Positions 47,208 through 55,776 of a DNA stretch of 64,000 bases are shown in pieces. The notes below the pieces were generated by a model, which was given only the letters and a program-made list of their open reading frames with translations, did no database searches and was not told where the DNA came from. Location of the stretch: positions 3,901 to 67,900 of the forward strand of contig CAMUPF010000008.1 of the NCBI GenBank assembly GCA_947090755.1. The letters run 5' to 3'. The stretch's first letter is position 1. Every line of letters begins with the position of its first letter. Both the position numbers and the translations under genes were made by a program. Source of the stretch: an uncultured Candidatus Melainabacteria bacterium. Lineage in GTDB: Bacteria; Cyanobacteriota; Vampirovibrionia; Gastranaerophilales; Gastranaerophilaceae.

Positions 47208-48374
47208 ATGAGTACTCAAAGTGTAAATTTAATAAATTCTAAGGATTTATCGTATCAGTACGACTGGTTTCAAAAAACATTTCCGCCGGTCGTACAGGAA
47301 GTTTTTGATAACTTTTTCGGGCAGAATTTCACGTTTACTCTTCTTGGCGTTTGTAAAAATGTCAATGCGGTTTCTGATAAGGATGCGTATTTTGTCACCA
47401 AAATTAAAATTGATAAACAGCATGATATCTTTTTCCGTATATCAGAAACCTCTATCTCGCTTATACTTGAGAGGGTTCTGGGCAGGCCAAACGGTGCGTT
47501 TGATTTGAATAAGCTTACTGAATTGGAAACTAAGATTATTACAACCTTTAATGATTGTCTTTACAGGTCTGTTGTTAACTTCCTGAAGCCTGCGCCGCCG
47601 ACTCTGGCAAGAACAAATTTTGATGTCGTATATCTGGTATTTATTCTGACCGATGGTGAAACAGGTAAATCCGGAAGGTTTGTTGTTACGCTCCCCGATG
47701 TCTTACTGGAGCCAGAATCTATTGAGGCTCAGGGCGAGTTTTCGGTAGAACATTTTGAAAAAAGTACAATTCAGGCCCGTTTAGAGGTTGGCAGGACTAT
47801 ATTTAAACTGCACGATTTGAAACACCTCGAAATTGATGATATGGTGGTGTTTGAAAATAGTAATACGGATAGATTAAAGTTGTATTTCAGGGATTATGAA
47901 ACGGATGTGTTGTTGAAACCTAATTTAAGTTTGGTGGTACCGGTTGATAATGATGGAGGTTCTGAGGTGTCAGAAAATGAAAATATAAATATTTGGGATA
48001 GTATTGAGGTTGAGATGGTCGGCCACTTTGATGCTGTTGATATTACGCTTGGTGAATTGAAGAAGATTCAGGCCGGAATGGTGGTTGATTTGACTTCAAT
48101 TTATCAAAACAGAGTGACGTTAACCGTTGAGGATAAACAGATTGCGTCCGGCGAACTTGTTATCATTAACGATAAGTACGGCGTGAAGATTACAGAAGTT
48201 TACGCTCCAAAAGCGGCGGATGAAATCGCTCAGGCTCCTGTATCGGAGGGTGTGCCTGCTTCTGATACGGTGGGAGCAGTGGATGATATCCCTGAGGTTT
48301 CAACCGGTGGAGATGGTGTCGGAGATGATGAAGAATTCGATTATAGCGATTTCGATTTAGAGGAGGATATTTAA
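47208..48374 (+). CDS. flagellar motor switch protein, FliM-like with C-terminal FliN/SpoA domain and acidic tail
   Basis: LILERVLGRPNG..LTELETKI (FliM middle-domain-like). The C-terminal LGELKKIQAGMVVDLTS..VEDKQIASGELVIINDKYGVKITEV is a SpoA/FliN fold signature. Confidence 0.7.
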   Translation: MSTQSVNLINSKDLSYQYDWFQKTFPPVVQEVFDNFFGQNFTFTLLGVCKNVNAVSDKDAYFVTKIKIDKQHDIFFRISETSISLILERVLGRPNGAFDLNKLTELETKIITTFNDCLYRSVVNFLKPAPPTLARTNFDVVYLVFILTDGETGKSGRFVVTLPDVLLEPESIEAQGEFSVEHFEKSTIQARLEVGRTIFKLHDLKHLEIDDMVVFENSNTDRLKLYFRDYETDVLLKPNLSLVVPVDNDGGSEVSENENINIWDSIEVEMVGHFDAVDITLGELKKIQAGMVVDLTSIYQNRVTLTVEDKQIASGELVIINDKYGVKITEVYAPKAADEIAQAPVSEGVPASDTVGAVDDIPEVSTGGDGVGDDEEFDYSDFDLEEDI

Positions 48375-48375
48375 G

Positions 48376-48849
48376 GTGACTTCTTATCTTTTGACTTTTA
48401 CGGTTTATACAATGGCTATGGTTGGCATGATTTTTCTTGCGCTGTTTGCTTATAAAAAGTTTTCTGTGCAAAATAATCGTGTTTCGCAATCAAATTTTCT
48501 TGAAGTTGAAGATTGCGTGACTCTCGGTATGCGTAAACAGTTGTATGTTGTAAGAGCAGGAGAAGAAAAATTTTTAATTGCGTCTGATGCAGAAAGAACG
48601 ACATTCCTTTCAAAACTTCAAAACTCAGAAACTCCACGAAAAGAAATTAGTTCCTTCGAGGCTATCGGACATTTTTACCCTGAGGAAGAGCGCGAAAATG
48701 TAAGGAAGGACGCTACGGCAGTTTTGAGAAATATAATAAGCACCCCGAGAAAATTTCGCGAAGAGCGAAATTTTGGAGTGGGGTATGAGACAGCGAAGCC
48801 GGGTACGGCCCGCGGTTCAGCGGGGCGGAGCGGCGAAGAACTGCTTTAG
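48376..48849 (+). CDS. fliO: FliO-like flagellar export protein; C-terminal tail encoded by the GC-rich repeat
   Basis: GTG start after AGGAGGA. Single N-terminal TM segment (TFTVYTMAMVGMIFLALFAY). Position between fliM-like and fliP. Confidence 0.6.
   Translation: MTSYLLTFTVYTMAMVGMIFLALFAYKKFSVQNNRVSQSNFLEVEDCVTLGMRKQLYVVRAGEEKFLIASDAERTTFLSKLQNSETPRKEISSFEAIGHFYPEEERENVRKDATAVLRNIISTPRKFREERNFGVGYETAKPGTARGSAGRSGEELL
48750..48848 (+). repeat. GC-rich repeat element, copy E3
   Basis: Hairpin aaaatttcgc-gaaga-gcgaaatttt (48750-48774), core ttggagtggggtatgagacagcgaag (48773-48798), end ggcgaagaactgcttta (48832-48848). Confidence 0.7.
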
Positions 48850-48862
48850 GAGAAAGAAGATA

Positions 48863-49504
48863 ATGGATAGTGTAATAAAAGATATAAACCCTGTTTTACA
48901 GTTACTTGTTGTAATGACGGTATTTTCGCTAATCCCGTTTATTTTCTGCTGTATGACGAGTTTTTTAAGATTTGCGATAGTGTTTTCAATGCTTAAAACC
49001 GCGATGGGAACCCAACAGGTTCCGCCGAGTATTGTAATTATCGGGTTATCAATGGTTTTGACGTTCTACACAATGGGTGGAACATTCCAAAAAATGTATG
49101 AAATGGGGTCTGTACCTTATCAACAGAGCCAGAATATTGTGGCTGCGATTGACGAGGGTTCTAAGCCCTTAAAAGAATTCATGATGAAACAGACGCGTGA
49201 AAGCGATTTGGCGTTTTTTGTCGAGTTGTCGCAGAAAACTCCGCCTAAAAGCCCTGAGGAAATAACAATATGGCAGGTGGCACCCGCATATATTATGAGC
49301 GAATTGAAAACAGCGTTTGAAATCGGGTTTATAATCTTTGTTCCGTTTATTGTATTAGACCTTGTAGTCGCGAACATTTTGCTGGCTCTGGGGATGTTTA
49401 TGCTGTCGCCGACGATTATTTCGCTGCCGTTTAAACTGCTGATATTTATCGCGGTAGACGGCTGGGGATTGATTGTACAGGGGCTTGTGACAAGTTATAA
49501 CTAA
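48863..49504 (+). CDS. fliP: flagellar export apparatus protein FliP
   Basis: ATG 48863 after AGGAGAAAG. FLRFAIVFSMLKTAMGTQQVPP and AFEIGFIIFVPFIVLDLVVANILLALGM are FliP signatures. Confidence 0.9.
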   Translation: MDSVIKDINPVLQLLVVMTVFSLIPFIFCCMTSFLRFAIVFSMLKTAMGTQQVPPSIVIIGLSMVLTFYTMGGTFQKMYEMGSVPYQQSQNIVAAIDEGSKPLKEFMMKQTRESDLAFFVELSQKTPPKSPEEITIWQVAPAYIMSELKTAFEIGFIIFVPFIVLDLVVANILLALGMFMLSPTIISLPFKLLIFIAVDGWGLIVQGLVTSYN

Positions 49505-49529
49505 CCGGAAAGCGTGGAGGTGTCGAGTT

Positions 49530-50024
49530 ATGGAACTTATGGTTGAATATTTAGCAAAAGGCTTTCTGGTAATGCTTTCGATTTCAATGCCGTGTGTATT
49601 AGTTGCGGCCGGAATCGGTCTTGTCGTCGGTATTTTGCAGGCGGTTACACAGGTTCAGGAACAAACTATCGCCGCGGCGCCGAAAATTCTCGGTGTATTC
49701 CTGATAATTATTATCGGCGGTTACGCATTTATGAATAATTTAAGTAACTTTTTTATTCAGGGGATGGGCTTAGCGTTCAATGTTTTGCCTAAGAATGACA
49801 GTTTTGTACTTTCTTCTGATTATTACAAATACACAACACCGTTTCAGGGTGAAATGGATGCTGATAAATTCAAAAATGTTCCTGATATCAATGAAATTAT
49901 GAAAAATCCGGGAAAGGTTCCATATATTGATAAATATGAACGTGCAAAATATCATCCGTCAGCGCGTACACCGATGCCGCGTCCTAATCTGATTGAAACG
50001 AATCAGATTTTAAGAGGTCAATAG
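49530..50024 (+). CDS. fliQ: flagellar export apparatus protein FliQ with ~75-aa C-terminal extension
   Basis: The first ~88 aa match FliQ (GILQAVTQVQEQTIAAAPKILGVF). The ORF continues for about 75 further residues. Confidence 0.85.
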   Translation: MELMVEYLAKGFLVMLSISMPCVLVAAGIGLVVGILQAVTQVQEQTIAAAPKILGVFLIIIIGGYAFMNNLSNFFIQGMGLAFNVLPKNDSFVLSSDYYKYTTPFQGEMDADKFKNVPDINEIMKNPGKVPYIDKYERAKYHPSARTPMPRPNLIETNQILRGQ

Positions 50025-50028
50025 ACAG

Positions 50029-50814
50029 ATGAACGGGTTTGATTTTCTGACTGAACTTGTGAAGATTTTTCCGGAATTGGATAAATGTCTGATTGTCGGA
50101 ATCTTGATATTCTCAAGGTTGATGGGATTTTCACGATTTGCGCCAATTTTGAACAGAAAAGAAATTCCGGGGATGGTGAAACTTTGTCTTATTTTTATTT
50201 TGACTGTAACGATTACTATGGTTGCAAAGCCTGATGGACAGTTACTTCAGGATTCGTTGTTGTTGTCGATTGTTTTAAATTTCGTCGTCGGCGGACTTCT
50301 GGGGTATGTTGCTCAGGTAATTTTGATTGCGATAGAAGCGGGCGCTGATATGATTAATATGCAAATGGGGCTTTCTTCAGCTATGGTTCTTGATCCGACG
50401 ACTTCAAGTCAGGTGTCGATTCTGGGTAAATGCTTTTCGCTCTTTGCGCTGTGTATTTTTATACATATCGGCGGGTTTTATTGGATGATGAATGCGTTTA
50501 TGAAAAGTATGGAGGTCTTCCCGATTTACGCTACATCTATCCCGCTGGAGAAGATTGTAAACCTTGATTATCTGGTGAAAATTACGTCAAATGTGCTGTA
50601 TATGGGCCTTCAACTTGCGTCACCAGTGCTTCTGGCGACACTCGGACAGGATATTATTCTTGGCGTAATTTCAAAAACTGCGCCGCAGGTAAACGTTTTC
50701 CAGTTAAGCTTTCTTTTTAAACCTGTACTTGGCGCGGCGATAATGGTTTGGATTTTGCCGATGCTGTTTAATATAATTCAGGATTATCTGACGTCATACA
50801 GCCGAATATTTTAA
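50029..50814 (+). CDS. fliR: flagellar export apparatus protein FliR
   Basis: 261 aa, multi-TM, FSRLMGFSRFAPIL and GLQLASPVLLATL motifs. Follows fliQ. Confidence 0.85.
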   Translation: MNGFDFLTELVKIFPELDKCLIVGILIFSRLMGFSRFAPILNRKEIPGMVKLCLIFILTVTITMVAKPDGQLLQDSLLLSIVLNFVVGGLLGYVAQVILIAIEAGADMINMQMGLSSAMVLDPTTSSQVSILGKCFSLFALCIFIHIGGFYWMMNAFMKSMEVFPIYATSIPLEKIVNLDYLVKITSNVLYMGLQLASPVLLATLGQDIILGVISKTAPQVNVFQLSFLFKPVLGAAIMVWILPMLFNIIQDYLTSYSRIF

Positions 50815-50824
50815 CTGTCCGAGC

Positions 50825-50933
50825 AAATCTCGCGATAAGGAACGTGAGCGAGATTTGGGAGTGGCGTATGAGACAGCGCAGTCGCGGGTTGACTCGCGTG
50901 AGCGAGGCAAGCAGGCGACGGAGAACTGCTTTA
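50825..50933 (+). repeat. GC-rich repeat element, copy E4
   Basis: Hairpin aaatctcgc-(14 nt)-gcgagattt (50825-50856), core ttgggagtggcgtatgagacagcgcag (50855-50881), end ggcgacggagaactgcttta (50914-50933). Confidence 0.7.
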
Positions 50934-51887
50934 TTCTAAAACTATTGCCGCGATGAGGATTATTGACATATACATCATAATATTGCGTGATAAAAGCAGG
51001 CGAAAATAGAAGCTTTCAGCGCCGTCTTTTACAACTTGTGTCCAGTTGTCCAGCGGAAAATTAAGTTTATTTATACGTGGAATTACAGTTTTATCGGCGT
51101 TGAATTGAAGTAATTCTTTGAAAAGCCAGACGATGTAAGGTAAAGTTATAAATCCTGCAAGATAAAGCCGGTTGTGGCTCATAAGCGTAAGCGCTATGAG
51201 TGAAAGGAAGCCGATATCAAAGAAGATTGCCAATAATATAAGCGCTTTATTTTTATCACCAATGCGGCAGGCAAGAGTTTTCTTGTGCGAAACCATATCG
51301 CCGTCGTAGTCCAAAACTGTATGTGTGTAAAGGAATTGTTCAGAAAACATCACGCTGACAAGCGAAAGAATAAGAACTTCAAGTGAAAAATTTCCGGTCA
51401 TAACATAATATGTTCCTTCGAACATCAACGGGCCGTATACGATTCCGACGGCAAGTTCACTGCAGCCGATAAGCGAACATTTCTGATAAAATAAAACTGC
51501 TGCCGCGCCGATTGCCATTAACCACCATACGTGCGGGCCGCTCAGGAAAAACAGGGTTATACCGATTAGTGATGCAAGTGAACAAAGGATTATAATTGCG
51601 ATTCCGATTTGCTTGTGGCTGATGATGTTTTGACAAATAAGTCTGCATTTACCCTTTTGAACGGTGTTGTGAAAATTCCGGTCGCGCAGGATGATTTTGT
51701 AATCGAGGTAATCATCGACAAGGTTTGTCGCAAGGTGCGCAAGTTCTATGCCAAGGCCTGCAAGGAGCCCGAGCCAGATGTTTCCGCCCATTTTAACCCC
51801 GTAGGCAAAAATTACAGCCCACGACATAACCGTAATCGGGATTGAATAGGCTCTCACACATTCTAACCAGTTTTTAACAATACTCAT
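50931..51887 (-). CDS. UbiA-family aromatic prenyltransferase (MenA-like)
   Basis: Multi-TM, Asp-rich NLVDDYLDY motif. 318 aa. Confidence 0.75.
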   Translation of the reverse strand: MSIVKNWLECVRAYSIPITVMSWAVIFAYGVKMGGNIWLGLLAGLGIELAHLATNLVDDYLDYKIILRDRNFHNTVQKGKCRLICQNIISHKQIGIAIIILCSLASLIGITLFFLSGPHVWWLMAIGAAAVLFYQKCSLIGCSELAVGIVYGPLMFEGTYYVMTGNFSLEVLILSLVSVMFSEQFLYTHTVLDYDGDMVSHKKTLACRIGDKNKALILLAIFFDIGFLSLIALTLMSHNRLYLAGFITLPYIVWLFKELLQFNADKTVIPRINKLNFPLDNWTQVVKDGAESFYFRLLLSRNIMMYMSIILIAAIVLE

Positions 51888-52105
51888 TGGCGAAGTAATC
51901 CCTCTTTGCTTTTGACGGCTTCGTAACTAGCGCCGGCCTCCAGAACTTCTTCCGCGCTCATACCGAACAACGTTATCAAGTTATCCGCGTCGCGGTCGTT
52001 TGTTTCCAAAAGTTTTACGACTGTTTTTACAGCTTCCTCGCGGCTCAGGCTGGAAAACTGGTTATAAATCCCGAGTTGGAAACTTCTTTTCTTCGCTTTA
52101 CCCAT
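51884..52105 (-). CDS. hypothetical small protein
   Basis: 73-aa ORF, overlaps both neighbours by 4-8 nt (operon-like). Confidence 0.45.
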   Translation of the reverse strand: MGKAKKRSFQLGIYNQFSSLSREEAVKTVVKLLETNDRDADNLITLFGMSAEEVLEAGASYEAVKSKEGLLRQ

Positions 52106-52964
52106 TGTTTTTCATTGCCTCCAAGGCCAGCAGACCCGCGCCAATCATTCCTGAATAGTTACCGGCGCTTGCGTGACGGATTTTTAACGGTTGGGTTACG
52201 ATTTCTTTGTTGACTTCGCGCTCTAAATATTCAGCGTCAAGAAATTCGCCCAGAGAGCCTGAAAGAACGATTACGTCAGGATCAAAAAGGTTCGCAAGCC
52301 CGATTAAACCGGTCAGAACATCGTTTTGCCAGCGGTTAATTATATCGGTCATTTTGCCCTCTATAACGTCGTAAGTCGTAATATCAGGGTTGCCGCTCAT
52401 TTCTTCGGCCGTAATCTTCAAACCTGTGCCGGATGTGTAGATTTCAAAACAATCCCACGAACCGCAGGTGCATTTGCGCCGTTTGTCAGGATACATTTTG
52501 AAATGCATTTCGCCTGCGGCGCCGCTTTTACCTTTGTAGAGTTTGTTGTTGAGGATAATTCCACCGCCGACACCGGTGCCAAAAGTAAGCATTATTGAAT
52601 ACGGAAAACCTTTTGATGCACCGATTACGTGCTCTGCCCACGCCGCTGCGTTCGCGTCGTTCTCAACGAAAACCTTTTTGTTGGAGAGCGCCTGAAAATC
52701 CATTGTCGGGTATTCGGCTGCAATGTTTCCGGTTGAACCAAGAATCCCTGTGTTCTCGTTGTTTACCGCACCGCACGTTGCAATTCCGATAACATCAACA
52801 TCGTTTTCGTGTTTGCGCACAATTTCTTCAAGCGTTGATTTTATTTGTGCGAAAGTTTTTGGCGTCGAATGCTTTTCGATTTCTGCGATAATTTCGCCGT
52901 TTTCGTTGATGATAGTGTTATAAATTTTTGTTCCGCCAATATCAATAACCAGTGCCTTTTTCAT
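52098..52964 (-). CDS. ROK-family sugar kinase (N-acetylmannosamine kinase candidate)
   Basis: DIGGTKI, ENDANAAAW and the zinc motif CTCGSWDC. Directly downstream of nanE. Confidence 0.8.
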   Translation of the reverse strand: MKKALVIDIGGTKIYNTIINENGEIIAEIEKHSTPKTFAQIKSTLEEIVRKHENDVDVIGIATCGAVNNENTGILGSTGNIAAEYPTMDFQALSNKKVFVENDANAAAWAEHVIGASKGFPYSIMLTFGTGVGGGIILNNKLYKGKSGAAGEMHFKMYPDKRRKCTCGSWDCFEIYTSGTGLKITAEEMSGNPDITTYDVIEGKMTDIINRWQNDVLTGLIGLANLFDPDVIVLSGSLGEFLDAEYLEREVNKEIVTQPLKIRHASAGNYSGMIGAGLLALEAMKNNG

Positions 52965-53651
52965 TTAAACTCCACGATTTTGTACGAATCTTTTTGTAAT
53001 CAACTGCGGGCGGGTTATCGCTGAACCTATTACCACGCAGTGCGCGCCCAGCCTGAACGCTTCTTGAACCTGTTCTGTTGTCCAGATTCTGCCCTCCAGA
53101 ACAACAGGAACTTTCACGGTTTTAACAAGGTTTTCTAAAAGTTCAAAATCAGGCCCTTCGCCCTCGTTTGGTGAATTTTGTGTGTAACCGGAAAGCGTTG
53201 TTGAAATCAGGTCTGCGCCGGCTTTTTCTGCGAAAATCCCTTCTTCAAGCGTAGAAATATCAGCCATCGCAATGCGTTTATTGATATGAATGTATTTGAT
53301 AATTTCTTCCACGGTGCAGTCTTCGTGCGGCCTCATAGTACCGTCAAATGCTACGATATCTGCGCCAGCTTTAATAAGTTCCAGCGTGTCCTTTATTGAC
53401 GGGGTGATATAAACTATTTCTTTCCAGTTTGACGGGATTACGGCAGGTTTTGTAAGCCCGATTACAGGCACATCAAAAAGCCCTTTTGCGTTTCTGACAT
53501 CCCGTGCTCCGGCAACTCTCAATGCTCCTGCGCCGCCTTTGATAACTGATTTCATCATTGCAATCATACAAATTTCATTGTAAAAAGGCTCATTTGGCAT
53601 AGCCTGACAGGACACAACAACTTTGTTTTTTAAACGATTAACCATTTCCAT
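52965..53651 (-). CDS. nanE: N-acetylmannosamine-6-phosphate 2-epimerase
   Basis: VVSCQAMPNEPF, PVIGLTK and DISTLEEG regions typical of NanE. 228 aa. Confidence 0.85.
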   Translation of the reverse strand: MEMVNRLKNKVVVSCQAMPNEPFYNEICMIAMMKSVIKGGAGALRVAGARDVRNAKGLFDVPVIGLTKPAVIPSNWKEIVYITPSIKDTLELIKAGADIVAFDGTMRPHEDCTVEEIIKYIHINKRIAMADISTLEEGIFAEKAGADLISTTLSGYTQNSPNEGEGPDFELLENLVKTVKVPVVLEGRIWTTEQVQEAFRLGAHCVVIGSAITRPQLITKRFVQNRGV

Positions 53652-53724
53652 TCCATAAATTATAATCCAAAAAAATTTGTTTGCGGTATAATATTTTTAA
53701 TTGTAAAGAACCTCGGGGGAGATT

Positions 53725-55062
53725 ATGAAAAAAAGTTTTGTTGAATATCCGTACCTAACAGAGAAAGTAGAGATTTTTGAACGTGAAAACGGGCATAAAA
53801 TCGTTCTTGCGCACAAAGAGGGTGAACTTGTTAATGTTTCAAGCTGGGTGAAAACCGGCTCTATTAACGAGGACGATACGAACAACGGAATCTCGCATTT
53901 CCTTGAACACTTGATGTTCAAAGGCACCGGAAGATTTAAGGTCGGGGAGTTTGACAGAATTTTGGAGGCAAAAGGCGGTATCGTAAACGCTGCAACCTGG
54001 AAGGATTACACTTTCTACTACGTAACTTTGCCAAAAGGTGAGAATGATGAAAATCTTTACCTTGCAATTGATTTGCACTCAGATATGATGACCGGCGCGA
54101 TTTTACCGGAAGAGGAAATCGGCGCGCCGTTTAATTTAAACGATACAGCGGTAACTGACAAGCGCGAACGCCATGTTGTTATCGAAGAAATCAGAATGCG
54201 CAAAGACCAGAACTGGACAAAGGTTTATAATGCGTGCAATTACAATATGTACACGCAGCACCCGTACAAACGCGACGTTATCGGAACTCCGGAAATTATT
54301 TCGCAGGTGACGCAGACGCAAATTATGGATTACTACAAAACCCACTACACGCCTGAAAATATTACCACTATTGTCGTTGGTGACTTTGATAAAGAAAAGG
54401 TTCTTGCGGCCGTTGAAAAAGGTTTTGATTTTTCCGGCACCCGTAAGGCTCCGAAACGTGAAAACACAATCGACACACCTGTCAGCGAAACAAAAGTTAT
54501 CGAAAACACGACAAATGCAAACACCGGTTATGCAATGTTCGGGTTCCTCGGGCCAAAAGCCAGCGAATTAAAAGACAATATCGCGCTTGATTTAATCAGT
54601 ATAATCCTTGGCGAAGGCACCAGTTCAAGACTTTATCAAAACTTAATCGAAAAACAGCCTGAACCGATTGTGAATTACGCAGATTCTACCCATTATCAGT
54701 TTAAAGACGGCAACAATTTCTTTATTCAGGCAAACTTCCGCCCTGAAAAGAAAGATACTGTTATTGAGATGTTGAAAGCCGAACTTGAAAAGCTTTTGAG
54801 TGAGAAAATTACGGATAAGGAACTTTTGAAGGCTAAAAAGAAAACCAAATCCCGTTTCGCCGAAAACGCAGAAACCGTAAGTGAAATCGGAGAAACAATC
54901 GGTTATTACATGACGGTTTGTGATGATTTGAAACTTGTCGAAGAATACTTGCGTGATTTGGAAAACATCACGATTGCCGACCTTGAGGCGGCGGTTCGTA
55001 AATACTTGAACATCCAAAACGCAGTGATTTCGGTGCTTATGCCGCAAGGACTTGACAAATAG
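53725..55062 (+). CDS. M16 (pitrilysin/insulinase) family zinc peptidase
   Basis: HFLEHLMFKGT inverted zinc motif (HxxEH). Confidence 0.9.
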   Translation: MKKSFVEYPYLTEKVEIFERENGHKIVLAHKEGELVNVSSWVKTGSINEDDTNNGISHFLEHLMFKGTGRFKVGEFDRILEAKGGIVNAATWKDYTFYYVTLPKGENDENLYLAIDLHSDMMTGAILPEEEIGAPFNLNDTAVTDKRERHVVIEEIRMRKDQNWTKVYNACNYNMYTQHPYKRDVIGTPEIISQVTQTQIMDYYKTHYTPENITTIVVGDFDKEKVLAAVEKGFDFSGTRKAPKRENTIDTPVSETKVIENTTNANTGYAMFGFLGPKASELKDNIALDLISIILGEGTSSRLYQNLIEKQPEPIVNYADSTHYQFKDGNNFFIQANFRPEKKDTVIEMLKAELEKLLSEKITDKELLKAKKKTKSRFAENAETVSEIGETIGYYMTVCDDLKLVEEYLRDLENITIADLEAAVRKYLNIQNAVISVLMPQGLDK

Positions 55063-55093
55063 TTTTAAATCGTAAATAATATAAATACAGGGC

Positions 55094-55117
55094 GAGAGGA
55101 TTGCCGTCCTCTCTTTA
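55094..55117 (+). terminator. intrinsic terminator
   Basis: gagagga-ttgccg-tcctctc followed by ttt. Confidence 0.6.
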
Positions 55118-55277
55118 ATTGCCCCTAATGTATTAGTTTAAGCACTAAAAGTATTAGTAATAATATGATTAGTGCTTTTTCGCTTACTGCGAAATACATC
55201 GTGCATCACCTCCTCTCTTAAAGCCTTGATGCCGAAAACATCAGTTGAGAGGCTGTGCGGGGCGTACCCATGTAATT

Positions 55278-55496
55278 TTATAATTCTTTATTGTTAATAA
55301 TACCAAGATTTAATTCTAAAACTTCTGCGATTTTGTAGAGATTTTTCAATGTAATATTGCCTACTCCCTGTTCAAGCGTGCGAATCGTGTTAATGCTCAC
55401 GCCGGATTTTTCGGATAATTGTTCTTGAGAAAGCTCCTTTAAATCTCTAGCATACTTTATTTTGTATGCCAATTTCAGTAAATCTTCTTTTTTCAT
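55278..55496 (-). CDS. XRE-family HTH protein (72 aa)
   Basis: LSQEQLSEKSGVSINTIRTLEQG is a Cro/C1 HTH. Confidence 0.8.
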   Translation of the reverse strand: MKKEDLLKLAYKIKYARDLKELSQEQLSEKSGVSINTIRTLEQGVGNITLKNLYKIAEVLELNLGIINNKEL

Positions 55497-55590
55497 AATT
55501 TAATTATATGTTATTGACAAATTTTCAACAAGTCTTTATAATGGTTGTATAACCAATATATTGTTTTAAACGATTATAAAAGGAGTGATT

Positions 55591-55776
55591 ATGGCACCGG
55601 ATTTGAAAAAGATTGAACAGATGGCAGAAAAAATTCTTAAGATTATTATCGTTATGCGATATTATTGCAAGCAAAGCGAAGACGAGTATGAAATGGGGAA
55701 TGTCATACCGCTTATTGATATTTTATGGAAAGAATCTGACAATTTGGTTTGTGAAATTTGCGGGTTTAATGATTAA
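55591..55776 (+). CDS. hypothetical small protein
   Basis: AAAGGAG RBS, ATG 55591, 61 aa. Divergent from the XRE gene, with TTGACA-17-TATAAT in the spacer. Confidence 0.5.
   Translation: MAPDLKKIEQMAEKILKIIIVMRYYCKQSEDEYEMGNVIPLIDILWKESDNLVCEICGFND

Noticed and set aside
48773-48862. 30-codon N-terminal extension of fliP
   Set aside because: It lies in repeat E3. A strong RBS (AGGAGAAAG) precedes the ATG at 48863, where FliP similarity starts. Translation from the element ATG into fliP is not excluded, but it is not the parsimonious annotation.
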